Assembly: GCA_031763465.1 (NCBI GenBank)
Contig: JARFOE010000004.1
Span: 14,237,724-14,273,909, forward strand
Direction: 5' to 3'
Origin: Squatina squatina
Taxonomy: Eukaryota
DNA: 36,186 bases
The notes beneath the pieces are model-generated. The model searched no databases. It had not been told where the DNA came from and saw only the letters and a program-made list of their open reading frames with translations. The position numbers and the translations under genes are program-made. Of this stretch, positions 1 through 11,600 are shown piece by piece. How positions within the stretch are numbered: position 1 is the first letter of the stretch; every line of letters begins with the position of its first letter.

Positions 1-50
1 GGCTCAAGGGGCCGAATGGCCTTCTCCTGCTCCTATTTCTTATGTTCTTA
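1..50 (+). mobile_element. CR1-clade LINE 3' tail
   Basis: ggctcaaggggccgaatggcc...ctcctgctcctatttcttatgttctta; the same tail follows CR1 RT sequence at 29890-29947. Confidence 0.8.
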
Positions 51-95
51 TCCTGGCCAAAATTTATCCTTCGAACAACACCTAAAGACAGCTTT

Positions 96-163
96 CATAA
101 GAACATATGATATGGGAGCAGGAGTAGGCCATATGGTCCCTCGAGCCTGCTCTGCCATTCAAT
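96..163 (-). mobile_element. CR1-clade LINE 3' tail, reverse orientation
   Basis: cataagaacata...ggagcaggagtaggccat...cctcgagcctgctctgccattcaat is the reverse complement of the tail at 1-50 and 29880-29947. Confidence 0.8.
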
Positions 164-177
164 TAAACCATGTCTTG

Positions 178-280
178 TACATTGCAACAGTGTCTACACT
201 TCAAAAAGTACTTCATTGGATGTAAAGCGCTTTGGAGCGCCCAGAGGTCGTAAAAGGCGCTATTGAAATGCAAGTCTATC
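178..280 (+). mobile_element. Deu-type (SacSINE1/AmnSINE-like) SINE 3' fragment
   Basis: acttcaaaaagtacttcattgg.tgtaaagcgctttgg...aaaggcgctat..aaatgcaagtct matches the SINE end at 24700-24795. Confidence 0.75.
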
Positions 281-431
281 CAGTCTTACAGCAGTAGTAA
301 TAGACTCCAGTAAGTATTGACATCACTAACTAGCACAGGGACACATTAGTGTTTCATGACCACACGTTCCACAAAGGGAGTATCTAGTGCTACAATATTG
401 ACCAAACACGATCGAGCTTTACTTTACTTGG

Positions 432-1170
432 AGGGTGCGAGTCTAGGTAGGGTAGAGGAACAAAGGGATCGCGGAGTACAGATACACAAATCACTAAAAG
501 TTGCAACACAGGTTGGCAAGGCCATGAAAAAGCAAACCAAGTACTAGGGTTTATTTCTAGAGGGATAGAATTGAAAAGTAGGGAAGTTATGGTAAACCTG
601 TATCAAACCTTGGTTAGACCACACTTGGAGCACTGTGTACAGTTCTGGTCGCCACATTATAAAAATGATCTGGTGGCACTGGAGAGGGTACAGAGAAGAT
701 TTACAAGGATGATACCAGAAATGTGAGGGTATATATAATCAGGAAAGGATGATACAGCTAGGTCTCTTTTCTCTTGGAAAAAAGGCTGCGGGGTCACCTA
801 ATAGAAGTCTTTAAAACTATGAAAGGTTTTGATAGAGCGGGCACAGAATGTTTCCACTTGTGGGGAAGAGCGTAACGAGAGGCCATCAATATAAGATAGT
901 CACCAAGAAATCCGATTGGGTAAAAAAGTTTCTTCTGAATTCCCCAAGAGTGGTGAGAATGTGGAACTCGCTACCACAAGGAGTAGTTGAGGTGAATAGT
1001 ATAGATGCATTTAAGGGGAGGCTAAACAAGCATATGAGGAAGAAGGGAAGAGGGTTATGCTGATAAATTTAGATTTAGATGAGGAAAGACGGGAGGACGC
1101 TCGAGTGCAGCATAAACACCAGCATGGACCAGTTGGGCCAAATGGCCTGTTTCTGTGCCGTATATCGTAT
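432..1170 (+). mobile_element. 5'-truncated CR1 LINE (RT C-terminus and 3' UTR), decayed
   Basis: Frameshifted CR1 motifs EEQRD.GVQIHKSLK, LYQTLVRPHLEHCVQFWSP, LERVQRRFTRMIP, RVVRMWNSLPQGVVE, followed by the tail gggccaaatggcctgtttctgtgc. Confidence 0.9.
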
Positions 1171-1330
1171 CTAATCCTAAAGAATTCATATTTTAGATAG
1201 AAAGGCAGATAAATACATAATAAATATTGGTATTTAAACTTTACTGCCCACCTGTTTAAAATGTAACTTTTTACATTGAAGGCCAAGAAAATCTTTGTTT
1301 ACTACTTTCCTTATTGGCATCTTTTCAGTG

Positions 1331-1712
1331 TCATCATTGGCTCAGTTGTAGCACACTCACCTTCAAGTTAGAAAGTGGTAGGGGCAAGCTCCACTTTAAA
1401 GGCTTCAGCACGTAATCTAGCGCATCCTTCCCTCAGTGCTGCACTGTCAGAGGTGCTATCTTTCATGAGACACTAAATCGAGTCAGACTGCCCCCTCAGG
1501 TGAATGTAAAAGATCCTCTCGACCAATATCATTAAAAACAGATTACCTGGTCATTTATCTCAATGCTGTTTATGGAACCTTGCTGTGCACAAATTGGCTG
1601 TTGTATCTCCTTACAACAGTGACTACGCTTCAAAAGTCCTTCATTGGCTGTGAAGCATTTTGGGATATTGAGGTCATGAAAAGCACTATATAAATGCAAG
1701 TTCTTTCTTTCT
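1331..1712 (+). mobile_element. Deu-type tRNA-derived SINE (internally deleted)
   Basis: Head tggctcagttgtagcacact, core gctgcactgtcagaggtgc, tail ...tataaatgcaagttctttcttt; collinear with 24365-24797. Confidence 0.8.
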
Positions 1713-2460
1713 CGCTACCTCCTTTTACCCAACATCTTTCCAATGGTACTTAAAATAGTTAAGCAAAACATTTTGGTAAACCATTTTAAATTCAGTACTT
1801 TTATTCAGAACTTCTCTACAGACTTGAACAGTCACCCTTCCGGATTGATTATGTGAACAATGCTTGTTTTTGTTAGATCAATAAACATAAATATAATGCT
1901 GCTAAATCAACAAATTCATTGAAATATAAAAATCTAAAGGTTTTGTAACTATGAATAAAATGGAAGATTTGTTTGGGCTGATTCTAATCTGCCTCCTCTC
2001 TTTTTACTCATTTTTAATCTTGCATTGTCCTGCCTCAGGGGCCTTGGCCCATCACCTCGGCTCTCCAACAAACATTCAACTGTCATTTTTGACAGTATTG
2101 TTGATGGATCCTATAGGCAATATTACTGATAGTCTCAATCTTCCACAAGCCACGATGTGCCAATTCCAGTAATATCCATTCCCAGTATTCCCTACATTCT
2201 TCTATAATTTGTACACTATCGAATGTATCCCTTTTTTGGTAGAAACTTGACCCCTCGCCAAATAAAGTTAACTAAAAAAAAGTCAAATCAGAAGCAGGAA
2301 TATCAGCACAAGTTAAAATGATAAGATCATAAGAAATAGGAACAGGAGTTGGCCATTCGGNNNNNNNNNNNNNNNNNNNNNNNNNNNNNNNNNNNNNNNN
2401 NNNNNNNNNNNNNNNNNNNNNNNNNNNNNNNNNNNNNNNNNNNNNNNNNNNNNNNNNNNN

Positions 2461-3081
2461 CTGATACTTCAGCATAAGCATGAAGTACTTCTACCTTTTT
2501 TGGGTAAGGTAGCAAGGGGTGTAGATTACAAAATTTGAAACTGTTGCTACATAATGCAAGGCAGCATGTAGAATTCACTCCTGTAAACAGTTTGAGCATC
2601 TTACTCCAGTCGACTTGTACTTGCTTATATCTACCTTGAGCCCAGCGTGTAACAGTAGTACCTATCTCCTCCTTGTGATCTGAACTGATTTGTCTCCACG
2701 TGCTCCTTCAATAGCTCAGACAGCAGCCTGACCAAACATTGACAAGGCCAGATACAAATTATTTCCAAGTTAAGGTGAACAAAACAATTGATATGACTCA
2801 CTTGTGACCAGTAAACTTCATTTTCTTACAAAGATCATGGCTTTTTTTCCTTCCTCTTTTTCTGTCCCTGTTCCACCCCGCCCCCAAATCTCAGTTGCCT
2901 TGATTACTTAAACAATCTCTGTTTACTTCTATTACAATCTCCTATACAAGATTGTCAAAAACCTGACTCAGTTGTCAGTTATGGTTTAGAGCCAAAAAAA
3001 TGTTCCAGGACATCCTCTCACTATGGGTGAGAGGTTAATGAATTGCTTGGTTTAGTCAGATTACCATATTGGTCATCTAAC
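2461..3081. repeat. Left arm of long inverted duplication (begins at gap edge)
   Basis: Reverse complement of 3992-4629. For example ctgatacttcagcataagcatgaagtac (2461) pairs with gtacttcatgcttatactgaagtatcag (4602-4629). Confidence 0.95.
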
Positions 3082-3991
3082 AGGGGCTGAACTATGTCCA
3101 TACTATGAACTGAACTAAGCTGACAATCATCACCTGTTTACATTTCTGCAGTATTTTCATGCTTTTAGGAATTCTGAAACATTTACATTGCTAGGATTGA
3201 CTTAACTTCCTAGATTTGTGAATTTTTTTCCTCCCCCGGTAAACCAAGTGAAGTTCAAAATCTACTTGCATGGAGTTTTTGGTTTTATTATAGATTTAGC
3301 TCTTATGCAAAATTCAAAAGGCACTTGAATCTTCAATAACTAAAATAAAACTTGAAACCCAATTTTTGAATAAATTTTAATTGTATTTTTGTGGGGTGGG
3401 GGTTTGACTGAGATTCAGTCTAGCACTCTACTCTAGGATCAAATTCAGGTGAGGAGCAGAAATTCAGGTAAAACTTGAGTTGGTCACCCTTTCAGTGGTT
3501 GAATGACAACATCCAACTTCGAGGGGGTACTGCCATTTATTTCCCCTCTATCCTGATCTCATGTTGAGGGGAAGGGTGGTCTGAGATTTTGCCAGGTATC
3601 CCAACAATGCCATCTACCACCCCAAAGTGCAGGAAACCAGCATCTGTACTGAGCTGGGGAACAGCTGGGCTCCACTAATAAGACAGTCTATAACCTGAAA
3701 TTTTTTTGTCTTCCATGGAAAATCACAATTCCACCAATACTGAATCTAGCAGGAAGTAATAAGGCACACTTGCCTGCAGGTAATTAGATCACAAGATCTG
3801 TGTGCTGTTTCAATTGCCAGAAGAGTTACCAGCTTTTTACCTTATTTTACTCTCAGCTCCATCTGATCATCATGGTGCTATAATTGCCATTTCAGTTTGG
3901 ATGGTGGAACAGTAGCATGCCCAGCATCAGTGAGTGAGGGGACTGATTGTAGGAGGCCATACCCAGCATACATCCAGGGTATAAGCCAAAA

Positions 3992-4629
3992 GTTAGATGA
4001 CCAATATGGTAATCTGACTAAACTAAGCAATTCATTAACCTCTCACCCATAGTGAGGGGATGTCCTGGAACACTTTTTTTGGCTGTAAACCATAACAGAC
4101 AACTGAGTCAGGTTTTTGACAATCTTGTGTAGGAGATTGTAATAGAAGTAAACAGAGATTGTTTAAGGCAAATGAGATTTGGGGCGGGTGGGCAAGAAGA
4201 GGGAAGGGAGAAAGAAAGGAGGAAGAAAAAAAAGCCATGATCTTTACTTTGTAAATAAATGAAGTTTACTGGTCACAAGAAGTGAGTCATATCAACTGTT
4301 TTGTTCACCTTAGCTTGGAAATAATTTGTATCTGGCCTTGTCAATGTTTGGTCAGGCTGTTGTCTGAGCTATTGAACGAGCACGTGGAGACAAATCAATT
4401 CAGATCAGGAGGAGATAGGTACTACTGTTACATACTACTGTTACATACTGGGCTCAAGGTAGATATAAGCAAGTACAAGTCAACTGGAGTAAGATGCTCA
4501 AACTGTTTACAGGAGTGAATTCTACATGCTGCCTTGCATTATGTAACAGTTTCAAATTTTGTAATCTACACCCCTTGCTACCTTGCCCCAAAAAGGTAGC
4601 AGTACTTCATGCTTATACTGAAGTATCAG
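3992..4629. repeat. Right arm of long inverted duplication
   Basis: Inner boundary gttagatgaccaatatggtaatctgactaa (3992) pairs with ttagtcagattaccatattggtcatctaac (ends 3081). Collinear with scattered substitutions and small indels. Confidence 0.95.
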
Positions 4630-5688
4630 AAGACAGCTGAAAGAACCAGGTTACAGCAAGCCTATCTACTTCAATAGTACAATCAATATCTACACCAAAA
4701 ATGAGCAGACTGGTGTCTCTACCACAATGGATGCTACTTTACAGCTGCACTGTAGCTAGTGCAACTCCAGCCCAATTTGGTATTGAAGCATCTACATTCA
4801 TTTATACTCCAAATTTACTGTCAGAGCAAAGTAGTTTCAGTTTTATGCAGCTAAAAGCCAATTGTGACTAGTTACATTTCTGAAGGTAGAAGTCATCTTG
4901 TTCAAACAAGTGCAAGCACCTCTATTGGACAATATAAAAACCATAAATGGTGACCTGCAAGGTTGCCATGACTGACTACTTTCCATTGCTCACTGGAAAT
5001 AAATCTCCACAAAATATTCCCTCAAATTTGTCTGCTCTTCATTGTGGACCAATTTAAAGAGATGAAAAGACCTATTACAATACTTCCACTTCAAATCCCA
5101 GCAGAGTCCACATCATACATGCCAACTATTGCAACCAAATGGAATCTGACAACTTTGAATAGGAAACAAGCCAAAGAGCAGTTATATTTCTATGCTAGCA
5201 TCCTTACTCCATCAGCAATGTTTAGCGGAACAGTAGCATGTTCCAAATTCAGACGTACTTGGTCTTTTGGGGAAAGAACAAAATTTGTATTGGATAGAGC
5301 AAATCTTCCCTCCCATGGTTCCACTAAATAGTGCAAGACAAAAGCAAAATAGCAATAAGTCAATTGATGAAGGGATTAAAATGGAATTAAGTGGATGTTT
5401 ACAAATAAAGGATCAGCAAGGAGCAAAATGGAAAAGCCAGTTCCAATAATGTTTAGGAATTTGAAAATGTACATCAAGTTCAAGACTACCTGCAGTGGCA
5501 GCATTGTAAATTCAAATGCAAACACATACAAAACTATATAGGATTGAGTGGGGTATGAAGTATCCTATGCATAGCTTTGCATGAAGTAATTTAAGCAGAC
5601 CTGTAGAGCTAGTGCCAGAACACCACTTCACTATTTTGAATGGATCTTGCCACCAAGAAAACAGAAAATACACTATTTGAATTAAGCA

Positions 5689-5694
5689 TTTATT
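5689..5694 (-). promoter_or_regulatory. Polyadenylation signal AATAAA of ZPAX
   Basis: Minus strand reads TAG-TCTCA-AATAAA, so the signal is 5 nt after the stop codon. Confidence 0.65.
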
Positions 5695-5699
5695 TGAGA

Positions 5700-8600
5700 C
5701 TAATGTAATCTGTTCATTTGGCATTTGTGGCCGACAATTCCAAGTACAATAGAAGCAACAATTACTGTTGAGCCTCCAATCAGAAACCATGGCCAGGAAT
5801 GAGACTTCTCATGGTTATCTGGAAAAGACAAAAAGAGGTTAAGTATATTTCAAAATCACCACTTAGGACTAGCTCAAGAATGGTTCTTCACCTTTCATGA
5901 TCTTGTTTGCCACAGTAGGGAATTCCAAGATCTCCACTGCTCCAGATGATACAGATCCCTGCAGATGGTACTCTACATCAGCACTTCGACCTGCAATTAC
6001 ACAGCTCATCAGCAGAATCCAACAGGCAACACTACAAGCTTTATTCCAATTTTAATACCTTACCCATTCGCTGTTTTCCTGGTACACACTGACCAGGACA
6101 GAGCAGCCTATTTACTGGTTCCTTCTTGCACAACACTACACTGCAATGGAAGTACACCTAAAGAGAACACAGCATTATAGCAGGACATTTCTGTGGAAAG
6201 CATCGACCAACATGTTGCTCTGAAGCAATCCTCACCTGCCCCAATAAGGTATTCAGGTTTCCAGAGGTAAAAGCAAACATTTTCACTTCAAACCTTTTGA
6301 AGTGAGTAGGATATCTGACCCGCTCATTACTGGTTACTGGATGGAAGATGGTCACATGCAGATCAGCCTGGTTCTCACAGCTATTAACAAAAACAAAAAT
6401 GGTTACTCATTAGCTTCCCAGCTTCATCAGAAAAGAGATCTGATACTTGCCTTTTGACAATGATAGGCCACTGTGGAAGTTGGCTATTTCTATCTGGTGA
6501 TGCAGTTGCCCAGCAATCTTGCAAGAACAATTCAATTTGTGGATCTTCATTGTGCAACAGTTGCACTTCAAAGTAGAGGGGATCAGTCAGATACTTCACT
6601 ACTGGATAGTCACCTTCCTTGTAGAGGTTAGAATACAACACATCTGCAAGAATCCAAGCCAAATAGTCAAGTTCCAGAATACTGTGGTTGGAGGTTCCTG
6701 GTCTGATTGCATATGGCACTGGAAGTATAACTATTTAAGTGGAAGCTAGTTATACTTACTTTTGGCAAGTTGCATGACCAAGACTATAGGTCCATATCCA
6801 GGTACAACAGTTGGCTGAGGATTTACTTGGTATTCAAACTGAAGATGCAGAGAGTCATTTACATGGTAATGACAAGATATTGCAAGCCTAGGAGAAGGAA
6901 ACAGATGTTATTTACTATTCTTTGCAGGAGGGAAAAGCCCTGTCACTCAGATGCTTACCGATATATTGGGTCACTAGCTGGTTCTGATGCTTTGAAGTAC
7001 ACCACTTCATTCTCATAGATCATGTAATCCTTTTCAAACTAGCACAAGAGAAACCAATTAGTCAATTACTAGATGCTCACTCCAGCTTCTTCACTCGAAG
7101 CAGCCCATTGTTAGCTTACCCTTCTACTTGTTCCACAGGAGTTGGCAGAAAATTCAAAGATGGCTTTGAAGTCATCACTCGCTTTTGGTCTACAGGTTTT
7201 ATCCCTCAGCATCATTTTGCCAGCATCTATTCCCAACAATGCTTCAAGTTTTAGAGCAGTAATGACCATTCTTCCATTTGGGAAACAAGCTAAAGAGGAA
7301 AAGAAAAAAAGTCAGTATGCCAATTCAATGCAAGGCAGGCATTAGTTACAAGGGACAGCCAAGAGCTTACTTATTAATTCAGCTGTAGAAAAGCTGCAGG
7401 AAACAGAAAAGTTGGTCAGCACATCCAGGGTTTTATTATCTTTCAGTCTGAAGTCAAATCTGTTGCGAAGGCCTTGGTTGTTTATTGCCTGCAAGGAAGC
7501 CACAATTAGTCAGGATCAACTCAAATTCAAAAAGCCAAAATGGACTTGGAAAGCAGCTTACCTCGTGGACAACTTCAGCTGCATCATGTGGAATGACAAG
7601 TATTAAGTGGGTACCATTCTCTCTCAAGATGTAACCACTCTGCTCAGCAGTGTGAGGGGTTAGCTGCACATTCCCAAGGAAAGGAATCCAGTACTGATCC
7701 AAGGTTCCATGTGTTACCACCAGTGTCATGTTCTCTTCATCACAAAAGCCATTTGCCACAGGAAGAACTGAAAAGGTGAACATTATAGTATTACTTGAAG
7801 CCTTTAAAAAAGCCAAACATTCCTTCTTAGTCTACACAGGGCAAACTCACCTATGTTATGTTTATGTATTACATGAGCAACATGTGTGAAGATCACATTT
7901 TCTGGTACCACAGTCAGGGTGTAGATGATGTCAAGGGTATATTGTTCTACACCATCTCCTATATACTAAAGAAAAGGAAGTGAAGAGTCAGCAACATGTC
8001 AAGCAGTGTGGAAACACATCTTACTCCATATTCAGTTACCTTTCGGTTGACAACTGGCAACTCCATTGGAACTTCGAGAATGAAGATTCTATTCAGGGCC
8101 GTCTCATTTGTGGTAGTCCATTTGTACACATTAAACATCTGCTTTTGTTCATCCACAGGGAAGGATTCAGAGCCGAGAGTGAGTTTTACTAGTTCCACAT
8201 CAGGTAGAAAGTTGCCTAGTGTGACATTGAATAGCCATTGCTCAGGAATGGTCTCTGGAAAAGATAATAGAACCTCACTGGAATACATGTATGCACAAAC
8301 ATTAACAAAACCCATTTAATCTTTCCCTGCATAGGAAGTTCAATTATCCATGTAGAGAAATGGAATGAATTTGTCAGCTTGGAGCTCTACACCCTTGATC
8401 CACTACAGATAAGTGGTGGAACAGTTTGTTGCAGCCTAGTTAGAGGTTTGCACACCTTTAGACCCTGGATTTAAAAAAAATGCTCCCAACTACAGCAGTT
8501 TTGGCAGCATAAACTCAGTTTGTGAATTCTTTCTTCCACTCCACCTAATTAGGGGGGGGGGGTGGAAGATAGACTTCAATGTATGCAGGGTATTAACTGG

Positions 8601-11600
8601 AATATTCAATAGTAGCAGTGGAAGAAATTTTCTACAGCAGCTGCTGGAGCTCATATCCAATGTTAACCCAAAGGCCATGATATACGTTAGTATGAGGAAC
8701 AGTTTCTACACCATCCTCCCACCCCCAAATTAGCTGAGCAGGGAAGAAGTTCATTTCAAATTGAAAGCTGCTGGCCAGATCATGTTCAAAATAAAGACCA
8801 CAGTACATACCATCAGTGATAACAAGGGGCTGAGGAATAAAGGGAGTGGTGACTGGATGGATCACATTGATTTTATTCAGGCCCCATGCTTCATCTTCCC
8901 ACAGGTGTTCCAGGAACAGATTAATGCTGTACTTGATACCATACTGTTCATCCAGCACATAGCTCTGAAAGTAAAAACAATTCATTCACAATACAAGCTG
9001 TTATAGTAACCAGTAATTTTATTTTAGTCAGTTGACCACAAGAACCTGAATATATCTCCAAGTGAATTGATGGTTCCTATTCAGAATAGGATGACTTCAT
9101 TTTTTAAAATTGAAGAATCAGGCTTCACTATTACAAATGTAGTCATGTGACTGGTCATCCTGCCATCTTTAAATGCACAATTCAATTCTTCACCAACCTT
9201 ATAGTATCCATCCTGCCCTCCAATTGGGACCCTTATAGTAAGAGCAGTATCATTTTTATCTAGGGTATAATTTCTTCCAGCCATTCTTGTGGGGTCCAAC
9301 TTTATGCCATTTACCCCCATGGAGGTGTTGTCTTGATGAACTGTACTGGTCACAATTGGAGTGAAGATCCTTGGCACTGTCCACATGATTGCATGATCAG
9401 TGAATGTAATACCATCTGAGGGATGACAGAAGTAACATTTAAATGTCTAACTTGGAGGCCTTTTACTAAGATATTTGTTATTCCATGGCCAGAACACAAC
9501 TAGAAAAAAAGGGCAGTGTGGTAAAGTTACAATTGTTCAGATGAGTTATTCCAAATGCAAGGAATAAACCTCCTAACTTCTGCTTAGACCACAGGATCCA
9601 CTTTTGCCCTGGAGGATTTGAATCGAGAGGTGGGGCAGAGTTTTAAGCAGATACAAGGGTAGTTTTATTTAAAACATAGAATTGTGCTTGCATTTGGAAT
9701 CTGTAAGAGTGCTTACCAACAGGACAAGCCATTGCAGTGTCAATTAGCAGAATCATCCATTGCTGTTTGTAAAAGCTAGTTGATCGGATTACAGACAAGG
9801 GCATACCTTGGACCTAATTGAAAAAGGAAGTCACTCATTTTCCATGCAAAGCCAAAACATAACTAATTAGGAATGATCAGTCAAGAATGTTGGGCTCCAA
9901 CTGGAATAGGATGTGTACTCACCAAAACTATTTGAGCCTCATTTGTATGATATGGAGCACGAAGCAAAATACGTGACACTGTGGTATTGATTCCATAGTT
10001 CAACTCATGTGCTTCTTTTACAGTCATACTTCTTTTGCCACTAGGCATGTGAAATACCACTTGCCATATTCCACTTTCTGCACTACTTGCCTAGATGTAG
10101 ATACCATAGTAAATGAGTCTTCCATTAAGTTATAATTTGTAACAAGCATGTTATAGCAAATTCTGCAATATCCAAGATATTTTGAAGTCATTCTGCAATA
10201 TCTGAAGTTTACTGTTGAATCTGTGGGCAATATCATGGCAGAAAAAAGTTTCTGCCTAGGAAGTCAAAACTGAAAGTTATTTCTGTCCAGATGCAGCCCG
10301 ACAGAATATTGCCAGCATTTTATGACAGCTAACAAACATGTTTTAACTCTCAATGCAACAGCCATTTCAGAAATGGATGGTGTGGATCAAGGATTTGAAG
10401 TAAAAAAAAGTGCTTTTAGTTTATTCATGGCACTTTTCAGATTTGCTTGTATTATCAGAGATAGCCAAGTGTTTAACTACAGGCATGAATACCAGTTACC
10501 AGCACATTCCATTGTACCAAAGTCCTGCTCTAATGTACAATTTCCATAGATGCTAGCTTGTGTATTAACAGTTGGAAGAGTGGGCTCAATGGTAGAGTTT
10601 TGAATCTAATATGAAAGACAGAGTTCAAGTCTGCTATTGTATTCATTAGAAAGGAGCCAAATTAGATATTAAAGGAAAGCCTAAAAAAAGTCATGGATGT
10701 ATACTTAAGCATTACAGTTTCATTCCTCATGAAATCTCTTACTTCTGGAAGTATTAAAGACCAGTCTTGAGCATCTTGTGCATAATCTTCCTCAATGAGT
10801 GGTATCTTTCTTTGTACAGAGACCTGCACATGAGAGATTAATGCATTTACTTTGTAATTACTAAAAAGTTACATGCCTACAATTCCATTAGTATCAGATT
10901 TCCATCAAAAGATCAAGGCAAATGGTTTACCATAAATGGATAAAGTGAGTTTTATGAGTTAGAACATTCCAGACAGATTCCATAATTTATTATTGGCAAG
11001 TGCCAGATTTGTAAAATGTTTAAGTTACCACTTCCTGCAACTGCTCAGAATTACTGTTAATTGTAGTGGTTACCAATTGGCAAATAGTTCAGCTTACTAT
11101 AGTAAAAGTGTTTTCTATTTACCTGCATGTAGTTTTCTTCACAGAAAATTTCCCTTGCAACCCATGGTGAGTACATACAAGAGAGAGTTTGAATATATGT
11201 TAAAGCCATTACTTTGTCAGCTCCTACTTGTATTTGTACAGTGAGGTTGAACTGTACATCATCCTGCAAACAAAAATGTCAAAGTGAAGGCAATATATGT
11301 GACTGGCCACCATTTCATCACACAAGTGAAGCACTACACATTTTGCATCATTTAGGTGATCCATAAGACACCAAAGATTATGAAAAAGGTTTGCACTCCA
11401 GAAAATAAAGTTTACTGTCTATTAAATGCCTCCATGCAGGTGCATATTGTTCCACTCCATCATGGGACACAACTTCAAACAGACTAGTTGAGAGCATGTT
11501 TCCACCGCCTCCCAAATTAAGGTTATAGGGCCTTGTACCCCTCCTATTATCTTTCTCACTTTCCTTCTGCATGCTATCCCTCCCTGTCAAAGAAAATAAG

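Noticed and set aside
4282-4518. ORFs inside the inverted-repeat arms
   Set aside because: Short, with no recognisable domain; the mirror copy carries indels in the same region.
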